53,244 nucleotides of DNA from a virus. Lineage: Duplodnaviria > Caudoviricetes. The notes under the pieces were generated by a model. It saw only the letters and a list, made by a program, of their open reading frames with translations. It searched no databases and was not told the origin of the DNA. Both the position numbers and the translations under genes were made by a program. Every line of letters begins with the position of its first letter. Position 1 is the first letter of the stretch. The DNA is taken from positions 1 through 53,244 of the IMG/VR virus record IMGVR_UViG_3300027734_000097. One strand, given 5' to 3'. Below, piece by piece: positions 47,818 through 53,244 of this stretch.

Positions 47818-47987
47818 TAGTCTTCCTTTTTTTGCACTTCGCCTGTTGATTTATTAAGTTCATATTCAGTTTCTTCAGGTTTTTTCTTTCTAAAGATTAA
47901 ATCAAAGTTCTTTTCAAATTGTTCTGAGTTTGGTTTACTGTGTAGCCAATCTCCTGTTACATCATTCCTTGAAGTATTTTTACTCAT
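47817..47987 (-). CDS. Small hypothetical protein (56 aa, MSKNTSRNDVTGDWLHSKP...QKKED)
   Basis: Not in the track; AAGGAG RBS; TAATG-coupled to the HNH start; NDVTGD...NFDLIF motif. Confidence 0.75.
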   Translation of the reverse strand: MSKNTSRNDVTGDWLHSKPNSEQFEKNFDLIFRKKKPEETEYELNKSTGEVQKKED

Positions 47988-48474
47988 AGTTACTCCTTAT
48001 GTCTTTTAATAAATCATCAAAACTTAATTCATTTTTATCTTTAGCAAATTCTATACTCATAAGATATCGTGTTGCTTCAAAATTATACACTGTATGAGGT
48101 ACTTGCGTATTAAATAAATAGTATGTTGAAGGCTTATACTTTAGTTCTTCTATCTTAAATACAGCGTCTTCTTTGTTATGGGTAAATGCACAAACGCTTC
48201 GCATCTCAGGCGTTAATAACATATTAATACCTACACCCCGTCTTGTATCTGTATGCCAATCGTAGCAAGTATATGGATCTAGCTTGAGTATGCCAGCCAC
48301 AAAACTATAGCGGTGTGATAACCAAATAAAAAAGTCATCTTGAAATATAATCTCGGGTGGAATACGTTTAGCATCAAAATTATAATGTTCTATCCATTCA
48401 CTAGGTTGAAAAGCAAAGTCTTGTAAGTCCTTAAATATAGTAGACTTCTTGCCTATCTCATAATAAGGTTTCAT
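47980..48474 (-). CDS. Cupin/2OG-Fe(II) oxygenase-like protein
   Basis: WHTD (HxD) and distal LFNTQVPHTVYN His followed by RYLMS; TGATG-coupled to the polymerase stop. Confidence 0.7.
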   Translation of the reverse strand: MKPYYEIGKKSTIFKDLQDFAFQPSEWIEHYNFDAKRIPPEIIFQDDFFIWLSHRYSFVAGILKLDPYTCYDWHTDTRRGVGINMLLTPEMRSVCAFTHNKEDAVFKIEELKYKPSTYYLFNTQVPHTVYNFEATRYLMSIEFAKDKNELSFDDLLKDIRSNYE

Positions 48475-50342
48475 CAACAATCTCCATAGCTTGCTCCATG
48501 ATGAGCCTCACATGCCACAGGTAATCCTTTTGCCCATTCAGGTGGGGTTGACATTATATCTATAATGAATCTCATCGCCTCATCTATCTCTGCCTCAGGC
48601 ACAACACACACCACTGCATCATGCACTGTTAAGGCGGGTCGATACTTCTCATGGATCTTTAACATCTGCTCGCCCACAATAATTCTAGCTAATGCTTGTA
48701 CTACGTTTTCCACGACTGACCCACCCCATATAGAGATAAAGCCTCGACGTGACTTGTAGATATATTTAGATTTAGCTTCTGATGTATCCCATGTAAGACC
48801 CGGATATTGTATGTATAACCCGTTAGGTAGTTTAATACCACGCTCTGCTACAAGTAGAGCCTCGTGATTACCTAGATAGTAAGGCTTCATATTATCTTTC
48901 CATGCTGACATATTGCGTAAGGCTTCATCTGATTCGCGCCATAGATCAATCACCTTATTATTAACATCACGATAAACTCGAACCAATCTTTGACATTCAT
49001 CATCACTCAATACCGCTCCAGGAGGGCTTGTCTTTAATGTATGTTGTAGTTTACTCCACCCTGTGCCATACCCTAATCCTAGTGTGCAAGTTTTACCTAC
49101 AAATCGTTCTGTCGCGTCTTTCTTTGTAATCGGTCTATCATATACTTTACTTGCAAACTCTGAATAAACATCACGACCTTCTTCATACCACTTAACCACA
49201 TCGTTTTGTCCCGCAAGCCATACTAAAACACGGGCTTCGATTTGTGATGAGTCACAGTTAATTACTCGGTATCCTTCAGGTGCTACGACTGCGTTCTTGA
49301 GTGCTTTCTTTTTCTTGTCACGACTAGGTAGGTTTTGGAAGTTGACCTTATCTGACCCCGCCCATCGCCCTGTATGAGCTCCATAATATTTGAGTGGGAT
49401 AGGTAGCATACCCTTGTTACGTTTACCAATACCGATGAACCTTTCAATACGAGACTCTTCTATCGTGGACTTAGTGCCTAGCCTCACACTACAAAGTTCT
49501 TGAATAAATGAATCCTCGTGTTCTGTCAAAGCGATAAAGCCCTCGTCGTTTTTAGCGAGGGCAAAGGTAGGGTTTCCCGTTGCGGGACTTGTCTTCATAG
49601 GGACTATAACACCAAGCTCTTGGAGTATCTCTGCAAATTGTTTATTAGAGGCTAACTTAGCTCTGACTTCTTCTTCGGTCTGACACTGTAGCTTACTCAT
49701 TAAACCTTGTAGAAGATGTTGCTTCTCTGCTTGGACTTCGCTTAATCTTTCTAGTAAGAGTGCATCGTCCACTTGAAGCACAGGCTCGGTATACATACGG
49801 AGGGTTAGATCAATCAGTTTTAATTCGTTTGTAGGGAAGTCCTTAGATAACACGTTCCACAATTTATAAGTAAGTTCAACGTCGTTAATACAATACTCAC
49901 CATATCGACGAAGATCATCTATAGCAAAGTCTTCTAACCTTTTACCTTTAGCATCGACAACCTCTGTCCCTTTAGCACCAAGTTCATAGCGTTCGACTAA
50001 GGCAGCAAGACTACCACCTGCATCAACACCATGTATAGCCCGTGCCATAGAAAGCGTATCCAAGTAGATATGAGGAATGATATTAAAAGTGAATGAAAGA
50101 ATACCTCCGTCAAACTGCGTGTTGTGACATAAGAGGATAGTTTCCTTCCAATTGATTTGATCGAGCTCTTGTTTGATTGCATTGTGAGTTCCTGTAACCC
50201 AACGTGTCACCTCGTCATTAATCTTAATAGCTACTCCAATGACTTGGAAGCGTGGGTCTTTAATGTATTCTTCTGTAGTTAAACCTGACAAACTAAAACC
50301 TACATCATAGTAGGTCTCAAAATCTAGTGTGACTAGTTGCAT
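48474..50342 (-). CDS. polA: DNA polymerase, family A, with 3'-5' exonuclease
   Basis: Exo I LDFET, Exo II HNTQFD, Exo III YCIND; HTGRW..NFQNLP; motif A DSSQIEAR; motif B RFVGKTCTLGLGYG; motif C TVHD. Confidence 0.95.
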   Translation of the reverse strand: MQLVTLDFETYYDVGFSLSGLTTEEYIKDPRFQVIGVAIKINDEVTRWVTGTHNAIKQELDQINWKETILLCHNTQFDGGILSFTFNIIPHIYLDTLSMARAIHGVDAGGSLAALVERYELGAKGTEVVDAKGKRLEDFAIDDLRRYGEYCINDVELTYKLWNVLSKDFPTNELKLIDLTLRMYTEPVLQVDDALLLERLSEVQAEKQHLLQGLMSKLQCQTEEEVRAKLASNKQFAEILQELGVIVPMKTSPATGNPTFALAKNDEGFIALTEHEDSFIQELCSVRLGTKSTIEESRIERFIGIGKRNKGMLPIPLKYYGAHTGRWAGSDKVNFQNLPSRDKKKKALKNAVVAPEGYRVINCDSSQIEARVLVWLAGQNDVVKWYEEGRDVYSEFASKVYDRPITKKDATERFVGKTCTLGLGYGTGWSKLQHTLKTSPPGAVLSDDECQRLVRVYRDVNNKVIDLWRESDEALRNMSAWKDNMKPYYLGNHEALLVAERGIKLPNGLYIQYPGLTWDTSEAKSKYIYKSRRGFISIWGGSVVENVVQALARIIVGEQMLKIHEKYRPALTVHDAVVCVVPEAEIDEAMRFIIDIMSTPPEWAKGLPVACEAHHGASYGDC

Positions 50343-50352
50343 AAATGCCTTT

Positions 50353-50431
50353 AAAAAATGGTGGGCTACTTGCCATTAAAAATTAAATACCGTCTAAGAA
50401 ATTTAGTTTTAAAAAAGTGCTTTCGCCCATT
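50353..50431 (-). ncRNA. Structured leader hairpin upstream of the polymerase gene
   Basis: Minus strand TGGGC-GAAA-GC ... GC-AAGTA-GCCCA closing an AT-rich inner stem, followed by CCATTTTTT. Confidence 0.5.
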
Positions 50432-50435
50432 AACT

Positions 50436-50711
50436 TTATAAGATCGATAATATTACTACGAATGCGATAAATAGTCCAAGCATAATTCTATTGGTTATCT
50501 TCTCATCTTTTTCTATTTTATCTTCACTTTGATATGTTCCGCCCCATGCGTCTCTTGCTGAACGAGGTGTAGGTTTATCAAGGGAGTCAGGGTTAAAGAA
50601 TCTCCAACCTTTTTTTGCGTTTTTCGCAAATACTTTACGTTGCCATGTTTCAAATTCTTGAATCGCTTGTCTTGCACTTGGGTCAAAATTATTCAATTTT
50701 GCGTCTAACAC
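50436..50711 (-). CDS. Hypothetical protein with C-terminal TM helix
   Basis: Start reassigned to GTG 50711 (AAGGAG RBS); TPRSARDAWG motif; hydrophobic C-terminus. Confidence 0.65.
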   Translation of the reverse strand: MLDAKLNNFDPSARQAIQEFETWQRKVFAKNAKKGWRFFNPDSLDKPTPRSARDAWGGTYQSEDKIEKDEKITNRIMLGLFIAFVVILSIL

Positions 50712-50724
50712 AATTTTTCTCCTT

Positions 50725-50919
50725 TTATTTTGCGTATTTTTCAAATTCGTTACGGCACTCGACCGAACACCAACGTCTGTCGTCTTTAATTGGTGTTTCA
50801 CACCAGATACAATGCCCTGTCTGATTAGAAGGTTTTTTGATTTGATCATGTGCGTTCCTTATTCCAACATCGATAGCGTGTTGCATTAAATCATTTGCTA
50901 TATCGATCTCATCACTCAT
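50725..50919 (-). CDS. TraR/DksA-like C4 zinc-finger protein
   Basis: N-terminal MSDEIDIA (DxxDxA) helix followed by CIWC...WCSVEC. Confidence 0.75.
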   Translation of the reverse strand: MSDEIDIANDLMQHAIDVGIRNAHDQIKKPSNQTGHCIWCETPIKDDRRWCSVECRNEFEKYAK

Positions 50920-51161
50920 CTTATAAACGTCTTATTTCTTGAGTCAATATAAAAGTATTTGCCCCAACCACTTCCTGTCCCTCTTGGTAATGCTTTTGGT
51001 AATTTAATAAGACCCCGTTTATCTAAATCTCTTACACGACCTTGACTGCCTGTTGCATGTAATACAATTTGATTACGAGTTGCGTTTGGATACTTTTCCA
51101 TATATTGATTTACTAGTGCGATGAGTTCTTCATCTGTTTTTACTTTTGGATTTATTCCCAT
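50916..51161 (-). CDS. Hypothetical protein (possible winged HTH)
   Basis: PNATRNQIV...RVRDLDKRGLIKL pattern; coupled to neighbours. Confidence 0.6.
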   Translation of the reverse strand: MGINPKVKTDEELIALVNQYMEKYPNATRNQIVLHATGSQGRVRDLDKRGLIKLPKALPRGTGSGWGKYFYIDSRNKTFIR

Positions 51162-51359
51162 TTAATATTTTGCCTCTCCTACTAGATTAAAAAGTTCTTG
51201 TTGAATTTGTATTGATGTTTGCTTAGGTTCTTGTTCTAGTCTTATTACTTTAACACTAGGATTGTTTTCTGTAAACCACTTTGCCTCCTTGACAGACCAT
51301 CGATACTTGCGTATGACTTCACCCTCATCGTCCACTACTGCGTAACTAAACGGAATCAT
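51162..51359 (-). CDS. Hypothetical protein
   Basis: 65 aa ORF tightly packed in the operon. Confidence 0.65.
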   Translation of the reverse strand: MIPFSYAVVDDEGEVIRKYRWSVKEAKWFTENNPSVKVIRLEQEPKQTSIQIQQELFNLVGEAKY

Positions 51360-51568
51360 GGCGTAATAGTCTTTTGTTCAAAGCATTCAAGGTGTGACTT
51401 CACATAAAAGTTAGGTCTAATCTCTTCATAGAGTTCACCTTGCACACATTTAAGATTCATTTTATATTTTGTTTGAGTTTGGTTATATTTCATAATGCCC
51501 CATGTAATACAACACCCTACAATTAAACCTACTAATATAAACCCTGTGCCTTCATACTTGTTATCCAT
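51356..51568 (-). CDS. Small membrane protein
   Basis: AGGAG RBS; N-terminal TM helix; Cys pair in the soluble part. Confidence 0.65.
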   Translation of the reverse strand: MDNKYEGTGFILVGLIVGCCITWGIMKYNQTQTKYKMNLKCVQGELYEEIRPNFYVKSHLECFEQKTITP

Positions 51569-51577
51569 TATTGTCTC

Positions 51578-52192
51578 CTATTTAAATGGTTTGCCTGTAA
51601 TCCAACCTACTAATGAATAGCGTCTACCTTCTGTAATAGGTGTAACTTCATGTAATGTTGGTGAAGGAAACGCAACAACTGTGCCTCGTTCTTTCTTCAT
51701 GACATCGGGATTATCATTCAAATGAATTTGTAATTCACCACCTTCATAGTCTTTAGGGTCTGATAATTGTAATACAAATGATAACTTTCTTACCGTTCCA
51801 TTAAACATACTATCAACGTGCTTACCATAATGACCACTTGGTGCATTATATTCTGTGAATTGAAAGCCTTCTGTAAAACCAAACAAATCAAATCTAAAAT
51901 AGTCTTCATTCAATCTTGTAATAATATCTGTGAGTCTTTGATATACCCAATTAATTTCGGGGTCTGGGGTAATCCATACCACTTTACTTTCACGAATTTC
52001 AGCATTGAGTTCACCTTTGTTAGATACACCCGCATTTATTTTCTCAAAATGTTCTGCGTAGTCAATAATCTTTTGGCACTCTTCGGGAGTAAACGCTTCA
52101 TCCCAATATGCCCATGCGTTTAACTTCTCTACTTCAAAAGCCCAACTTGCGTTAGGTTGTGGTGATGGTTTTAAACTTTTAACTTCTTTCAT
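51578..52192 (-). CDS. 2OG-Fe(II) oxygenase (prolyl-4-hydroxylase/PKHD-type)
   Basis: FTPEEC, QFTEY, HYGKHVD (HxD), RKLSFVLQL, YEGGEL, FPS..LHEVTP...GRRYSLVGW. Confidence 0.92.
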   Translation of the reverse strand: MKEVKSLKPSPQPNASWAFEVEKLNAWAYWDEAFTPEECQKIIDYAEHFEKINAGVSNKGELNAEIRESKVVWITPDPEINWVYQRLTDIITRLNEDYFRFDLFGFTEGFQFTEYNAPSGHYGKHVDSMFNGTVRKLSFVLQLSDPKDYEGGELQIHLNDNPDVMKKERGTVVAFPSPTLHEVTPITEGRRYSLVGWITGKPFK

Positions 52193-52435
52193 TTATAATC
52201 CTCCGTTTGCGTCAATAAGACGTTGTGTTGATTCACGATAACTTTTTATACCTGTTATCTTTTCAATTTGTGTTTCATCTTTATAAAGTGGTGTGATCGT
52301 TATATGATGTTTCTTGGTAGGCAAATCGCGTATCCAAGACAATTCTTTCGGGCGAAATTGGGTTATCGATGACCACACAAGTTCACCATGTATGTTGAAT
52401 TCCTCAATTGCCCATGCGTATGGATCTTGTTTCAT
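52193..52435 (-). CDS. Hypothetical protein
   Basis: 80 aa, PYAWA...ITPLY pattern; AGGA RBS. Confidence 0.65.
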   Translation of the reverse strand: MKQDPYAWAIEEFNIHGELVWSSITQFRPKELSWIRDLPTKKHHITITPLYKDETQIEKITGIKSYRESTQRLIDANGGL

Positions 52436-52444
52436 TTTGATGTC

Positions 52445-52798
52445 CTAGTAAAAAACATGGTTGTTTATTATAACACGGGGTTTCATGCCCCACTGATTAT
52501 TTAATGCTATATGATGAAAATTTGTAGCACCTTTAGAATAATCTTTTGCTTTTAAATTTAATATCTGATAAGCAATTTTGTAATACGATGTTCCCACAAG
52601 AGTCTGAGGCTCGGGTGGTTTTAGTTTACCATACCAAGAAAACTGATATGGTTTTTTCATTTCACTACAAATATTTTGTGGTTTAAAATCAGCACGACGA
52701 TATAAGACATAGCCTACCGCGATCTGTCCTGCTAGTCCTTCGCCTCTTGCTTCCATGAATATAGTTGTAGCTAAACACGCTAATGCTTGATCTAGCAT
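52445..52798 (-). CDS. Cell wall hydrolase (SleB/Hydrolase_2 family)
   Basis: CLATTIFMEARGE...GQIAVG.V...R, QFSW, GATNFH, INNHVFY. Confidence 0.9.
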   Translation of the reverse strand: MLDQALACLATTIFMEARGEGLAGQIAVGYVLYRRADFKPQNICSEMKKPYQFSWYGKLKPPEPQTLVGTSYYKIAYQILNLKAKDYSKGATNFHHIALNNQWGMKPRVIINNHVFY

Positions 52799-52825
52799 AG
52801 TGACCTCCTTGTTTAAGGGATTAAA

Positions 52826-53122
52826 TTAGGATTGAGTTTCTTCCAAGTGAGAGATTAGGTGATTAAGATACCAACGTGCTTTGCGTAGATCTTCTAATCC
52901 ATTTTTGTTATTCCAACGCCACATATACTTAAGTATGTTGCCTGTGTCTGTGGCTTCAATACCTCGTAGATATTTTGTTGCTTCTGCGATAGCATCAATG
53001 CACTCGATTGAACCTTGAGTGTAATGAGCGGGGTGATTTACATTATCTTTTACTTCTTGTTTCTTTGCAAACTTAATGGGTTTGCCTTTGTATTTATTTA
53101 ATATTGTTCTTAATCTAGTCAT
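52826..53122 (-). CDS. DUF3310 (T7 gp1.7 nucleotide-kinase-like) protein
   Basis: DNVNHPAHYTQGSIECIDAI...GNILKYMWR...KNGLEDLRKARWYL. Confidence 0.88.
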   Translation of the reverse strand: MTRLRTILNKYKGKPIKFAKKQEVKDNVNHPAHYTQGSIECIDAIAEATKYLRGIEATDTGNILKYMWRWNNKNGLEDLRKARWYLNHLISHLEETQS

Positions 53123-53244
53123 TCGATCTCCTTTACTAGAGTCAATAGTGACTCTATATTACCCTCATTTACCATGATTGCCAAGCCTCCACAAGCATTT
53201 ATCTGTTTCATGTTGCTAATTTGCAACAAGGTAAGTTTACCCTC
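53119..53244 (-). CDS. VRR-NUC-like nuclease, C-terminal part (5' truncated)
   Basis: Hand translation EGKLTLLQISNMKQINACGGLAIMVNEGNIESLL...; GK.T.LQ...I...GG.A.VVN pattern; ATGA overlap with the DUF3310 gene. Confidence 0.7.
   Translation of the reverse strand, partial: EGKLTLLQISNMKQINACGGLAIMVNEGNIESLLTLVKEIE

Noticed and set aside
50712-50849. N-terminal extension of track ORF 50436..50849
   Set aside because: Overlaps the TraR-like gene; GTG 50711 has a proper AAGGAG RBS.
1-53244. tRNA genes, integrase/att site, introns/inteins, stop-codon reassignment
   Set aside because: None recognisable by eye; genes are intact and densely packed under the standard code, with TAA, TAG and TGA all used as stops.

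Overview
This window is most of a dsDNA tailed-phage genome (AT-rich, podovirus-like layout, no integrase seen); both ends cut through genes. The + strand (1-39919) is the morphogenesis arm: terminases, portal, GroES-like co-chaperonin, scaffold, major capsid, small basic proteins, tail and fibre genes, holin/lysozyme, and internal (ejection) proteins ending in a 2236-aa polyvalent protein with an ADP-ribosyltransferase-like domain. The - strand (39916-53244) is the replication/early arm: primase-helicase, SSB-like protein, SNF2 helicase, Cas4-like nuclease, HNH, family A DNA polymerase, TraR-like zinc finger, two 2OG-Fe(II) oxygenase-like genes, a SleB-like hydrolase, DUF3310 and a partial VRR-NUC. 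The most striking stretch is the ~400 bp after the capsid gene, which the ORF track leaves empty. It holds a terminator-bracketed 23-codon pqqA gene of Methylophilaceae type (implying a methylotroph host) and then a promoter-driven leader with double-pseudoknot pairing potential that abuts the next ribosome-binding site. Other candidates: a recurrent [FYML]-x-x-G-G motif shared by many putative internal virion proteins, a methyltransferase/Maf-like fusion inside the tail module, and an overprinted exported-protein cassette before the lysis genes. All assignments come from motif recognition by eye; no database searches were run.
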